NCBI GenBank assembly: GCA_902794055.1
Contig: CADBGC010000008.1
Span: 1 to 54,449, forward strand
Direction: 5' to 3'
Length of the DNA stretch: 54,449 bases
Source: an uncultured Eubacteriales bacterium
GTDB lineage: Bacteria > Bacillota > Clostridia > Christensenellales > CAG-138
Shown here: one piece after another, positions 8,665 through 17,381 of the stretch
How positions within the stretch are numbered: the stretch's first letter is position 1
Layout: each line of letters begins with the position of its first letter
Notes under the pieces: generated by a model
What the model saw: the letters and a program-made list of their open reading frames with translations, nothing else
Databases searched by the model: none
What the model was told of the DNA's origin: nothing
Program-made: the position numbers and the translations under genes

Positions 8665-9780
8665 ATGTTTAAATACTACTCGCCCGTGGATGATGCAATA
8701 ATCTTCTTCACGTCCAAGGTCAACAAAAGCATGACCAATATCGACCTGATGAGGACCTTGAATAAGAATCATCCCGCCCTCGAAAAGAAGCTTGAACGAG
8801 TGCTAAGGCCTTCGGTCGAGCTTGAAAAGAAGCTGAATGCGGCTATAAAAACCATCGACATGGACTATGAGTTCCTGTTTATGCTGGATCAGACGGCCGA
8901 CGGCAACGCGGATCATCTATACAACCCCGCATGGCTGCTGTTCAGCTATTGCTCGGGAAGGGGAGAGTTTTCCACGGATATGGCGACCGAGATCAAAAAC
9001 CTCCACGCGCTTCCGCAGCACAAAAGAGACGTGCTTTTCCTCAACTATTTGCGCGATCTCAAGATATTCGAGAGCCCGAGCCATATTCCGAACGTTACCG
9101 AGGAAAACTGCGGTCAGATCATCGAAACCATGCGCAGCCTGAATATGGATCAGAGTGTGCGCACGAGGCTTATCGAGCTGTACGTCAATTTCGATGAATA
9201 CGTTTCCCGCCTGAACACCATTCTCAAGCCCGCGGTGGACGTTATAATAGCAAACGAAGCGATCTATGCCGACGACGTCAAAAAGAACGAAGAAGCGATC
9301 GATGCTCTTGGCGGTCTGCGCGGCGTTGTGAAGCAGAAGTACGGCTTTGCAATGAAGGAGGGCGTTGCGGAGCGCATGCACCTTTGCGTGCTCATCCCCA
9401 ATAAGGCCAGCCTCAGGGACGACGTGAACGACAACGTGGACGCATTCTTCGGCGTGAATGTGCTCGAGCTGGTGGATATCGTTTTCTCAGGCCGCGAGAA
9501 TCAGAAGCTTTCCACAATGTTTAAGATGCTCTCCGATGAAACCAGACTTGAGATCCTGCACTCCATCTGTAAAAAGCCGATGTACGGGCTTGAGCTTGCG
9601 GAGCAGTTCTCCATCTCCGCGCCAACCGTTTCCTACCACATGCGTAAGCTCGGCATGGGTGGCTTCACCGAGAGCTATTTCGACAGCGGAAGAACCTACT
9701 ACCGCGCGAATATCGATAATATCAAGCGCTTCGTCAAGAGCTTTGAGGATTTCCTTTCCGCCGAGCCGGAGCAGCAGTAA
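8665..9780 (+). CDS. ArsR-family winged-HTH regulator with a long N-terminal domain of unknown function
   Basis: C-terminal LSDETRLEILHSICKKPMYGLELAEQFSISAPTVSYHMRKL. The ATG at 8665 follows a GGAGG RBS. The track start at 8548 lies inside the promoter. Confidence 0.75.
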   Translation: MFKYYSPVDDAIIFFTSKVNKSMTNIDLMRTLNKNHPALEKKLERVLRPSVELEKKLNAAIKTIDMDYEFLFMLDQTADGNADHLYNPAWLLFSYCSGRGEFSTDMATEIKNLHALPQHKRDVLFLNYLRDLKIFESPSHIPNVTEENCGQIIETMRSLNMDQSVRTRLIELYVNFDEYVSRLNTILKPAVDVIIANEAIYADDVKKNEEAIDALGGLRGVVKQKYGFAMKEGVAERMHLCVLIPNKASLRDDVNDNVDAFFGVNVLELVDIVFSGRENQKLSTMFKMLSDETRLEILHSICKKPMYGLELAEQFSISAPTVSYHMRKLGMGGFTESYFDSGRTYYRANIDNIKRFVKSFEDFLSAEPEQQ

Positions 9781-9820
9781 GCGGCTTTCCCATAAAAACT
9801 AAATATTTCCAATAATGAAC

Positions 9821-9855
9821 GCATCCGCCGAAAGCCTTGGCGGATGCTGATTTAT
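9821..9855 (+). terminator. Rho-independent terminator of the ArsR-like gene
   Basis: GCATCCGCC (9821-9829) pairs with GGCGGATGC (9839-9847), followed by TGATTTAT. Confidence 0.6.
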
Positions 9856-9887
9856 ATCCAAATTAAGCAGGATCGAATGCCCATGCG

Positions 9888-9921
9888 CAAAAATACCCGA
9901 GACTCCGCAGGGAGACTCGGG
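9888..9921 (-). terminator. Rho-independent terminator of gdhA
   Basis: Minus strand CCCGAGTCTCCCTGCGGAGTCTCGGG followed by TATTTTTG. Confidence 0.6.
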
Positions 9922-9954
9922 TATAGGGGTTACTGGGTTAAACGCTTAACGGGA

Positions 9955-11304
9955 TCAGACGATGCCCTGAGCCATCATAGCATCGGCAACCTTCTTGAAG
10001 CCTGCGAGGTTTGCGCCGGCAACGAGGTTGTAGCCAAGGCCCGCTTCTTCAGCAGCTTCTTCGGAGGCCTTATGGATGTTGATCATGATGTTGTGGAGCT
10101 TAGAATCAACTTCCTCAGCGGTCCAGGCAAGACGCTCGGAGTTCTGGCTCATTTCGAGACCGGAAACCGCAACGCCGCCCGCGTTGACTGCCTTGGAGGG
10201 AGCCACGATCATGCCGGGCTGCTTCATCATGAAGAAGAGCGCATCGTTGGTGGTGGGCATGTTCGCAACCTCGATGTAGTACTTTACGCCGTTGGCAACG
10301 ATCTTCTCGGCGGATTCCATGAGAACGTCGTTCTGCATCGCGCAGGGCATAACGATATCGACCTTGCAGCCGAAGGGCTTCTCGCCGGGGAAAAACTGAA
10401 CGCCGAACTTGTCCGCGTAATCCTGAACGCGGTTGCGGCGGGAGTTGAGCATCTCGACCATGTAGTTGATCTTCTCATCGGTGGTGATGCCATCGGGATC
10501 GTAGATGTAGCCGTCGGGACCGGAAAGGGTAACGACCTTACCGCCGAGCTCAGCAGCCTTCTTGGTTACGCCCCAAGCAACGTTGCCGAAGCCGGAAACC
10601 GCGATGGTCTTGCCCTTGATGGTGTCGTTCTCATGCTTGAGAACCTCGCAGAGATAGTAAACTGCGCCGTAGCCGGTCGCCTCGGGACGGATGAGGGAAC
10701 CGCCGAAGCTGAGACCCTTGCCGGTGAGAACGCCGTTCTCGTAAGCATTGCGGATCCTCTTGTACTGGCCGAACATGTAGCCGATCTCGCGGCCGCCAAC
10801 ACCCATATCACCGGCGGGAACGTCAACGTTGGGTCCGATGTGGCGCTGGAGCTCGGTCATGAAGCTCTGGCAGTAACGCATGATCTCGCCATCGCTCTTG
10901 CCGGTGGGATCGAAATCGGAGCCGCCCTTACCGCCGCCCATGGGGAGGGAGGTGAGGCTGTTCTTGAAGGTCTGCTCGAAGCCGAGGAACTTCATGGTGT
11001 CAAGAGAAACGTTCTTATTGAAGCGGATACCTCCCTTGTAGGGACCGATAGCGCTGTTGAACTGTACGCGGAAGCCGCGGTTTACCTGAACCTTGCCCTG
11101 ATCGTCGACCCAGGGTACGCGGAACTCGATAACGCGCTCGGGCTCGACCATACGCTCGAGAAGGCTTGCTGCCTCGTATTCGGGATGCTTCTCGATCATG
11201 GGCTCGAGGGAACGAAGAACTTCTTCAACGGTCTGGATGAAGAGAGGCTCGTGCGCGTCGCGTGCGCGGACCTTTTCGATGACACTTTCGATGTAGGCGT
11301 TCAT
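9955..11304 (-). CDS. gdhA: NADP-specific glutamate dehydrogenase
   Basis: Conserved blocks KGGIRF, LPMGGGKGG and GFGNVAWG. The ATG at 11304 follows a GGAGG RBS, whereas the track start at 11319 lies inside the RBS. The 501-aa antisense ORF is rejected. Confidence 0.95.
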   Translation of the reverse strand: MNAYIESVIEKVRARDAHEPLFIQTVEEVLRSLEPMIEKHPEYEAASLLERMVEPERVIEFRVPWVDDQGKVQVNRGFRVQFNSAIGPYKGGIRFNKNVSLDTMKFLGFEQTFKNSLTSLPMGGGKGGSDFDPTGKSDGEIMRYCQSFMTELQRHIGPNVDVPAGDMGVGGREIGYMFGQYKRIRNAYENGVLTGKGLSFGGSLIRPEATGYGAVYYLCEVLKHENDTIKGKTIAVSGFGNVAWGVTKKAAELGGKVVTLSGPDGYIYDPDGITTDEKINYMVEMLNSRRNRVQDYADKFGVQFFPGEKPFGCKVDIVMPCAMQNDVLMESAEKIVANGVKYYIEVANMPTTNDALFFMMKQPGMIVAPSKAVNAGGVAVSGLEMSQNSERLAWTAEEVDSKLHNIMINIHKASEEAAEEAGLGYNLVAGANLAGFKKVADAMMAQGIV

Positions 11305-11394
11305 TTGAAAATCCTCCAAGTGAAATATAAAGATTTTTCTGCCGTTTGACGGCTTGTCGGAAAGCCGTTTTGCGGCAATACCAACCTGTATAGT

Positions 11395-11423
11395 ATGATA
11401 AACCCATGCGGCGGCAAAGTCAA
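11395..11423 (-). promoter_or_regulatory. Putative gdhA promoter
   Basis: Minus strand TTGACT, a 17-nt spacer, then TATCAT. Confidence 0.55.
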
Positions 11424-11476
11424 CAGTTATTTGAAAATATACTTAAAAACAATGCTTTTTTCATGCGATTTCGCTA

Positions 11477-12664
11477 TCAAAGGCTTATCTTTTCAAGTAT
11501 CCCGTTTGCATAGGCAAGGAAGATGCCGTAATTCGTCATCGGAACGCGCTGCCGCTTCGCGCGGTCTATGCGCGAAAGCACGTATTTGCGGTTGAACATA
11601 CACGCGCCGCATTGGATGACGAGCGCATAGGGCGTTAAGTCCTCAGGGAAGTCCGTGCCGCCGAGGATGTCTATTTTGATGCCATCGCCTACGAGCTTTC
11701 TTAAAAGCTTCGGTATCTTCACCCTGCCGATATCCTCGGCCTGCGGAGCGTGGGAGCAGCATTCGGCGATCAGCACGCGCGAATTCTCGGTGAGCTGCGG
11801 AATGATCTTCGCGCCCTCCATGTAGTAGTCCATATCGCCCTTGAGCACCGCAAAGAGCACCGAAAACGAGGTAAGGCGGCTGCCCTCGGGCTTTTTTTCA
11901 TAAACTTCGCCGAACGCCTGCGAATCGGTGATGATCAGCGAAGGCGGCTCCTTTAAAGCCGAGAGCGCGTTCTCCATGCCCTCGGGCGTGCAGCCTATGA
12001 CGGTGCAGCGGTTGTCGAGCAGGTCGCGTATCGTCTGCACCTGCGGCAGTATCAGCCTGCCCTTGGGCGCGGAAGCGTCCTGCGGCATAACGAGCAGCAC
12101 CGTGTCGCCCGCCTTAACGAGCGCACCTGTGATCGAAGGCAGCTCGAAGCCCTCCGGCATTAGGCGCACAAGCTCGTTGATAAGCGTATCGCGCGTGGCG
12201 GGGGAGGAGGGATCGAGCGAGAGAGGCTCTATATTGAGCTCCGAAGCGAGCCTCGCCCTCAGCTTCTCCGCGCTGCCGCTCACCCTCCCGATAAGAGGCA
12301 GAACGGGAGTTTTATTCGCCTTGAAGGCGCGGTATCTTTTTATATCCTCATCCGTGTCCGAATCCGAAAACAGCAGCACGGCGATATCCGTTTTCTCCGC
12401 CGCCGCATCGGTTTTTTCAATGCGAAGCAGCCCAAGCTCGCCCTCATCGTCATATCCCGCCGTGTCTATAAGCACGCAGGGGCCGAGGTTCGGAAGCTCC
12501 ATCGCCTTATTCACGGGGTCGGTCGTGGTGCCCTTGACGGGTGAAACTATGGTAACGTTCTGCCCCGCAAGCAGGTTTACCAATGTGGATTTTCCGCTGT
12601 TTCGCGCGCCGAAAAAGCCGATATGCAGACGGTTTGCGGATGGGGTTTTGTTTAGTTCAGACAT
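11477..12664 (-). CDS. hydF: [FeFe]-hydrogenase H-cluster maturation GTPase HydF
   Basis: GTPase P-loop GARNSGKST, C-terminal CSH...CGAC cluster ligands, and an operon context with hydE and hydG. Confidence 0.9.
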   Translation of the reverse strand: MSELNKTPSANRLHIGFFGARNSGKSTLVNLLAGQNVTIVSPVKGTTTDPVNKAMELPNLGPCVLIDTAGYDDEGELGLLRIEKTDAAAEKTDIAVLLFSDSDTDEDIKRYRAFKANKTPVLPLIGRVSGSAEKLRARLASELNIEPLSLDPSSPATRDTLINELVRLMPEGFELPSITGALVKAGDTVLLVMPQDASAPKGRLILPQVQTIRDLLDNRCTVIGCTPEGMENALSALKEPPSLIITDSQAFGEVYEKKPEGSRLTSFSVLFAVLKGDMDYYMEGAKIIPQLTENSRVLIAECCSHAPQAEDIGRVKIPKLLRKLVGDGIKIDILGGTDFPEDLTPYALVIQCGACMFNRKYVLSRIDRAKRQRVPMTNYGIFLAYANGILEKISL

Positions 12665-12676
12665 TTTTTCTCCTTA

Positions 12677-14095
12677 TCAGAAGCGAAAATCCCTTTCGCC
12701 GTTCTCTATTTTAACGAGCCTATCTTCGGCGATCGCGCGAACCTTGTCGCTCGCAACGTTCTTCATCTCTTCCTCGATCAGCCTTTCGCCGACCTCGCGG
12801 GTTTTCGGCGAAGCGTAATCCATCAGATACTCCTTCAAGGTCATAAGCGCGTTCGGCTGGCAGCAGTTCTGTATCTGCCCGCTCTTACATAGGCTCATGA
12901 ACCTGTCGCCCGTGCGCCCCTCGCGATAGCAGGCGGTGCAGAAGGAAGGAATATAGCCCTGCTCCATCAGCCAGCGCACTACCTCATCGAGCGTGCGGTT
13001 GTCGCTAACGTCGAACTGCTCGCTCTTCTCGTCCTCGGGCTCATCCTCGGCATAGCCGCCAACGCTCGTTTTCGATGCGCCGCTTATCTGCGATATGCCC
13101 AGATGCAGCAGCCTTTCGCGAACGGACTTGCTTTCGCGCGTGGAGATTATCATACCCGTGTACGGCACGGCGATGCGGATGCAGGCAACTATCTTTGCAA
13201 AGGTGTCGTCGTCGATGCCGTTGTCGAAAACGTTGGGGTCGATGTCGTCCGCGCGCTTGATGCGGGGAACGCTTATCGTGTGCGGGCCAACGCCGTACGC
13301 CGCCTCAAGGTGCTCCGCGTGCATCAAAAGCCCCGCGAATTCGTAGCGGTACAGCTCAAGCCCGAACAAAACGCCGAGGCCAACGTCATCTATGCCGCCC
13401 TGCATAGCCCTGTCCATCGCCTCGGTGTGGTAGCAGTAGTTATGCTTGGGGCCGGTCGGATGGAGCTTTTCATAGCTCTCTTTGTGGTAAGTCTCCTGAA
13501 ACAGGATATAGGTGCCGATGCCCGCGTCGCGCAGCTTACGGTAGTTTTCAACCGTCGTTGCGGCGATATTCACGTTCACGCGGCGGATGGCGCCGTTCTT
13601 ATGCTTGATGGAGTAGATGGTCTTTATCGACTCCAAAATGTACTCTATCGGGTTGTTCACGGGGTCCTCGCCCGCTTCGAGCGCAAGGCGCTTATGGCCC
13701 ATGTCCTGAAGCGCGGTAACTTCGCGAACGATGTCCTCCTGCGAGAGCTTCTTTCTTGCGATATGCTTGTTTTGATAATGATAGGGGCAGTAAACGCAGC
13801 CGTTCACGCAGTAGTTGGAGAGATACAGAGGCGCAAACATAACTATGCGGCTGCCGTAAAAATCCTTCTTTATCTGCTCGGCGAGGCGGTACATGCGCTC
13901 AGTACGGTCGGGAAGCTCGCAGGCAAGAAGCACGCTCGCTTCGCGGTGGGTCAGACCCTTTCTAAGCTCCGCTTTTTCAAGGATGGAGTCGATAAGCTCG
14001 GCATTTGCCTTGTTTGCTTCGGCGTAGGCGAGAGTTTCGAGTATCTCATCATGGTCGATGAACTCGGTCGCGTTGTGGGATTTGGGATTATACAT
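12677..14095 (-). CDS. hydG: [FeFe]-hydrogenase maturase HydG (radical SAM, ThiH-like)
   Basis: Radical-SAM motif CVNGCVYCPY and the HydG-type C-terminal motif CTACYREGRTGDRFMSLC. 472 aa. Confidence 0.92.
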   Translation of the reverse strand: MYNPKSHNATEFIDHDEILETLAYAEANKANAELIDSILEKAELRKGLTHREASVLLACELPDRTERMYRLAEQIKKDFYGSRIVMFAPLYLSNYCVNGCVYCPYHYQNKHIARKKLSQEDIVREVTALQDMGHKRLALEAGEDPVNNPIEYILESIKTIYSIKHKNGAIRRVNVNIAATTVENYRKLRDAGIGTYILFQETYHKESYEKLHPTGPKHNYCYHTEAMDRAMQGGIDDVGLGVLFGLELYRYEFAGLLMHAEHLEAAYGVGPHTISVPRIKRADDIDPNVFDNGIDDDTFAKIVACIRIAVPYTGMIISTRESKSVRERLLHLGISQISGASKTSVGGYAEDEPEDEKSEQFDVSDNRTLDEVVRWLMEQGYIPSFCTACYREGRTGDRFMSLCKSGQIQNCCQPNALMTLKEYLMDYASPKTREVGERLIEEEMKNVASDKVRAIAEDRLVKIENGERDFRF

Positions 14096-14144
14096 ATTGT
14101 TTCCTTTCTTCGGGGTGAGGACGAACCTTGCCCCTTAGCTTAAT

Positions 14145-14188
14145 TAGTGAATGGTGAATATTGAAGAATGAATAGTGAAGAGTTGAGG
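14145..14188 (+). repeat. Heptad-repeat intergenic element, copy 1
   Basis: t AGTGAAT GGTGAAT ATTGAAG AATGAAT AGTGAAG AGTTGAGG, followed by the hairpin TTTTGC-agg-GCAAAA. It lies between hydE and hydG and is antisense to them. Confidence 0.7.
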
Positions 14189-14222
14189 TGGTTTTTGCAG
14201 GGCAAAAGCTTCAACGATTTAT

Positions 14223-15314
14223 TCATTCCGTCAGCTTGCTGTCGCCGCGAACGAAGGCGATATTGCAGCCGATGGTTTCAAGCCGCTTTTCAAGATCGTT
14301 GAGGCTCTGTGCCGCTTCGCTGCCGGTGTAAAGCTTATTGTCATACAAAGAATACTTGCTTCGCACGTCGGCGGGGGAGAGGTTGGGCATACATACATTC
14401 GCTCCCGAAAGCATACCCATCTCGCGCCCATGGGGGTGTATCGTGCCGAGCGCGGTCGTTGCGGGAAGCAGCACCTCGGGAAGAAGTATGCGAACGATAC
14501 TCAGGAAAAACAGCGTTTGCTCGAATGTTCCCGCCTTTTCATTTGCAAACGGCGTATCGTGCGCGGGGATGAATGGGCCTATACCGACCATCTGCGGGCG
14601 AAAATCGCGGATAAACACAAGATCCTCGGCAAGCGTTTCATAGCTCTGATAGGGCGAACCTATCATCATGCCGCAGCCTGTCTGAAAGCCGAGAGAGCGC
14701 AGGTTTTTAAGGCAGTCCATGCGCGTTTCAAGCATCATCTCTGCGGGGTGCAGCTTTGAATAATGCTCCGCATTCGCAGTTTCATGCCTTAAAAGATATC
14801 TGTCCGCGCCCGCCTCGCGCCAAAGCGCATAAACCTCCTTCGGGTATTCGCCGAGCGAAAGCGTTACCGCGCAGTCGGGATAATTCCTCTTTATCTCGCG
14901 CACAATATCCGCAACTCTCTCGGGCGTGAAATAGGCATCCTCGCCGCCCTGCATCACGAAGGTGCGGAAGCCGAGCGCATAGCCCTCCGCGCAGCAGGAG
15001 AGTATCTGCTCCTTGGTCAGCCTGTACCTTGAAACGGTCGGATTGCCGCGCCTTATGCCGCAGTAAAGGCAGTTGTTTTTGCAGTAGTTCGTAACCTCGA
15101 TCAGCCCGCGAACGTATACGGCATTGCCGTAGTGAAGCTGCTTGAGCTCAAGCGCCCTCTTTGAGAGCTTTTCACGAAGCGCTGCGGCGTTTTCCTCGGG
15201 CAGCTCCCTTTCGGCGCGGATAAGCAGGGCGAAGTCATCCTTTGAGAGCTTTTCGCCGTCAATAAGCTTATCCGCAAGCTCAAACGCTCTTTTTTCAAGT
15301 TCAATAGGGGTCAT
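14223..15314 (-). CDS. hydE: [FeFe]-hydrogenase maturase HydE (radical SAM, BioB-like)
   Basis: Radical-SAM motif CKNNCLYCGIRR. 363 aa, with a 4-nt overlap with the upstream regulator gene. Confidence 0.92.
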   Translation of the reverse strand: MTPIELEKRAFELADKLIDGEKLSKDDFALLIRAERELPEENAAALREKLSKRALELKQLHYGNAVYVRGLIEVTNYCKNNCLYCGIRRGNPTVSRYRLTKEQILSCCAEGYALGFRTFVMQGGEDAYFTPERVADIVREIKRNYPDCAVTLSLGEYPKEVYALWREAGADRYLLRHETANAEHYSKLHPAEMMLETRMDCLKNLRSLGFQTGCGMMIGSPYQSYETLAEDLVFIRDFRPQMVGIGPFIPAHDTPFANEKAGTFEQTLFFLSIVRILLPEVLLPATTALGTIHPHGREMGMLSGANVCMPNLSPADVRSKYSLYDNKLYTGSEAAQSLNDLEKRLETIGCNIAFVRGDSKLTE

Positions 15315-15565
15315 TTTATCTTCGAGTACACGGCGGAGGTCGAAACGCCGTCAAGCATTCCGATCTTGCCCGAGAGCGTTGAAACAATATCGCTCGGCGC
15401 ATCGAGCACCACCGAGATTATGTTCACTCCGCGTTTATGGTAGGGTATACCCATGCGCCCGATAACGTATTCGCCGTACTGATGCAGTATCGCGTTCAGC
15501 TTTTCAACCGAATCGGGGTTTTCAACAACTATGCCAAGCTGCGCAACTCTGGTGTTTGTTTCCAT
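15311..15565 (-). CDS. Small ACT-like protein of the TM1266 / iron-only hydrogenase system regulator family (85 aa)
   Basis: METNTRVAQLGIVVENPDSVEKLNAILHQYGEYVIGRMGIPYHKRGVNIISVVLDAP... The ATG at 15565 follows an AAGGAG RBS. The longer track ORF (start 15685) would run through a terminator hairpin. Confidence 0.75.
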   Translation of the reverse strand: METNTRVAQLGIVVENPDSVEKLNAILHQYGEYVIGRMGIPYHKRGVNIISVVLDAPSDIVSTLSGKIGMLDGVSTSAVYSKIK

Positions 15566-15595
15566 GATTCTCTTTATCTCCTTAAAGTTTTTTTG

Positions 15596-15630
15596 CAAAT
15601 AAAAACCGCGCTTCCTTTGAAGAAGCGCGG
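15596..15630 (-). terminator. Intrinsic terminator/attenuator hairpin inside the hyd operon leader
   Basis: Minus strand CCGCGCTTC-ttcaaag-GAAGCGCGG followed by TTTTTATTT. It lies about 30 nt upstream of the regulator gene RBS. Confidence 0.65.
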
Positions 15631-15801
15631 AATAAATCAAACAAGATGCCGCAATAAGCAGGCATATATTCCACAGCCCCTTCAATCAGAAATCCCTTTA
15701 GGGGAGCTCTTTATGTCGGAAAACCGATGTTTTTGTTTTTTCTGCCTGCCGTCGGGAAAAGGATTCTCGTTAAGACCTCGCCCCTTCGGTTCGGCAAGTT
15801 A

Positions 15802-15830
15802 AGTATAGCAGAAGCGAGATTCAAATACAA
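15802..15830 (-). promoter_or_regulatory. Putative promoter of the hyd maturation operon
   Basis: Minus strand TTGTAT, a 17-nt spacer, then TATACT. Confidence 0.5.
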
Positions 15831-15880
15831 GTGATTTGGTCGGAATTAAAGGAATATAGTTTTGGGCAGATCGCCAGATG

Positions 15881-16291
15881 CTAAAACCGCTCCGAGTTAT
15901 AGCGCGTCAAGCAAATGATCACAGCAAATATGATCGCGAATACTAATGCAAAGACACCGCCGAATATAAGCGCGGCATTAAGATAAACGCTTAAATGGAT
16001 CGGCGGTGCATCGCCGAAGATAAGATCGAAAACAAGAACCAGCGCGCCGAAAGCAAGACCGGCCAAAATGGGAATGAAGGCGATCCACAAGAACGGCTTT
16101 GATAATGCGGGTATTAGGAACTTGTATTTTTGACGATAGTTTTCGCGATAAACTGCATTGGGCTTTTTCTTATCAAGGATCGAGCAGGCAGCATCAAGAA
16201 AGGGCTCAAACCTATCTAATAGCTCCCCTGCGGATCCAACGCTAACGGTGGTCGGATCATTCGATCCCACATCGGTTTCACCATCGACCAC
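15881..16291 (-). CDS. Hypothetical membrane protein (136 aa, two C-terminal TM helices)
   Basis: ORF in a locally lower-GC stretch. It has hydrophobic segments FLWIAFIPILAGLAFGALVLVF and ALIFGGVFALVFAIIFAVIICL, and I recognise no family. Confidence 0.55.
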   Translation of the reverse strand: MVDGETDVGSNDPTTVSVGSAGELLDRFEPFLDAACSILDKKKPNAVYRENYRQKYKFLIPALSKPFLWIAFIPILAGLAFGALVLVFDLIFGDAPPIHLSVYLNAALIFGGVFALVFAIIFAVIICLTRYNSERF

Positions 16292-16326
16292 CTTAAAAAC
16301 TTCCGGGCAAGTGATGCCTTTGGCGC

Positions 16327-16932
16327 TCAGTGCTCCTTTTGAACGGGTGGAATACGGGTTGAGCTTCTATTAGAGAATAGATCAAACTCGTTTACGGGAA
16401 CTCTCATCGTTTTTGTTACAGGCTTGAGATGGTCGTTCGGCTCCAAGCACTCTAAAATTATCATTTCGTCTTTAACATTTGCGCGATAGCATTGGATCAA
16501 CGGAAAAAGCATTAAACCTTCGTTATCATACAGCAAAGGATCAAAGTTTACATAAACGCCCTTAACGGCGGTAGCATCCGAAAGCTCATACTCGCCTTTG
16601 CCGCGCTTTTTGAAGCCGCGTGATATGAAAAAGGCATCAATATGATCGTTAAGCTCGGCAAAAAAACCGTCAAAGCTTGAAGTGTCCCGCTTCGCCGCTT
16701 CGTAATCGGAGCTAAGCTCTTTTGTGATGGCGGCAGCGGCTTCATTTGAGGCTATCTCGCAGTTTTCGAACCTATCGATGATGCTTTCAAGACGATTTAA
16801 TAGCTCATCCTCAATCTCACCATCCAGTTTGATGTCAGCGCAGGCATCGTAAATAAGCTCGGAGTCAAATTCCGCATCAGCTTCGATATTTGAAAACATC
16901 TCGTAGATTTCTACAAGTCTGAATTTATTCAT
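16327..16932 (-). CDS. Hypothetical protein (201 aa): acidic helical N-terminus, and a C-terminal half resembling DUF4304-like immunity-type domains
   Basis: ORF in the lower-GC stretch. The segment FFISRGFKKRGKGEYELSD...VYVNFD recalls DUF4304. That assignment is from memory and is weak. Confidence 0.55.
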   Translation of the reverse strand: MNKFRLVEIYEMFSNIEADAEFDSELIYDACADIKLDGEIEDELLNRLESIIDRFENCEIASNEAAAAITKELSSDYEAAKRDTSSFDGFFAELNDHIDAFFISRGFKKRGKGEYELSDATAVKGVYVNFDPLLYDNEGLMLFPLIQCYRANVKDEMIILECLEPNDHLKPVTKTMRVPVNEFDLFSNRSSTRIPPVQKEH

Positions 16933-16968
16933 AATCGTTGTTTCTCGGAAAACCGAGTGAGCGCTGTT

Positions 16969-17337
16969 TTATTCAAGAATTTCCTTCCTCCACTCCGGCG
17001 GCTCGCCGTCATCGCCCCAATATTCATCAAGGAGAACTATCCGCTCATCATCAAGCGTGATAAACGAGCAGCAATGGAAGGAAAGGGAAGGTGCATCCGC
17101 GGACCATACCCTTGCCGCGGCGATAACGGTATCCTCGATGCGATATTCGCGCTCGATCTCGCCACGCCAATCGCCGGGGTAATCGCAGTTTGCGCGGATA
17201 AAGCCGCGAAGATCGAACCTTTCCTGCGTGTTGTGCCAGTAAACTTCGGCATCTTCGCGGAAAAAGGCCTGCAAAGCGGCGGCATCCTTGGAGACCACCG
17301 CCGCAAAATAGGTTTCAAAACTAAAGCTTGCCTTCAT
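16969..17337 (-). CDS. SnoaL-like / NTF2-fold protein (122 aa)
   Basis: Its size and the sequence pattern FETYFAAVVSKDAAALQAFFREDAEVYWHNT... are typical of the NTF2-like superfamily. Confidence 0.65.
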   Translation of the reverse strand: MKASFSFETYFAAVVSKDAAALQAFFREDAEVYWHNTQERFDLRGFIRANCDYPGDWRGEIEREYRIEDTVIAAARVWSADAPSLSFHCCSFITLDDERIVLLDEYWGDDGEPPEWRKEILE

Positions 17338-17343
17338 ATTCTC

Positions 17344-17377
17344 GCTTTTGAAAAGTGAAGCTTCGGCAACGGAGCGG
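17344..17377 (-). terminator. Terminator of the glgCD operon
   Basis: Minus strand GCTCCG-ttgc-CGAAGC followed by TTCACTTTTC. Confidence 0.55.
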
Positions 17378-17381
17378 TTTT

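Noticed and set aside
9844-11349. 501-aa plus-strand ORF
   Set aside because: It is exactly antisense to gdhA, which has unmistakable glutamate dehydrogenase motifs. Its own translation is low-complexity and G/A/V/L/D-rich, as is typical of antisense frames in GC-rich genes.
11928-14143. 296-aa and 346-aa plus-strand ORFs
   Set aside because: They are antisense to hydF and hydG. They have no motifs, and their composition is low-complexity Ser/Arg/Val-rich.
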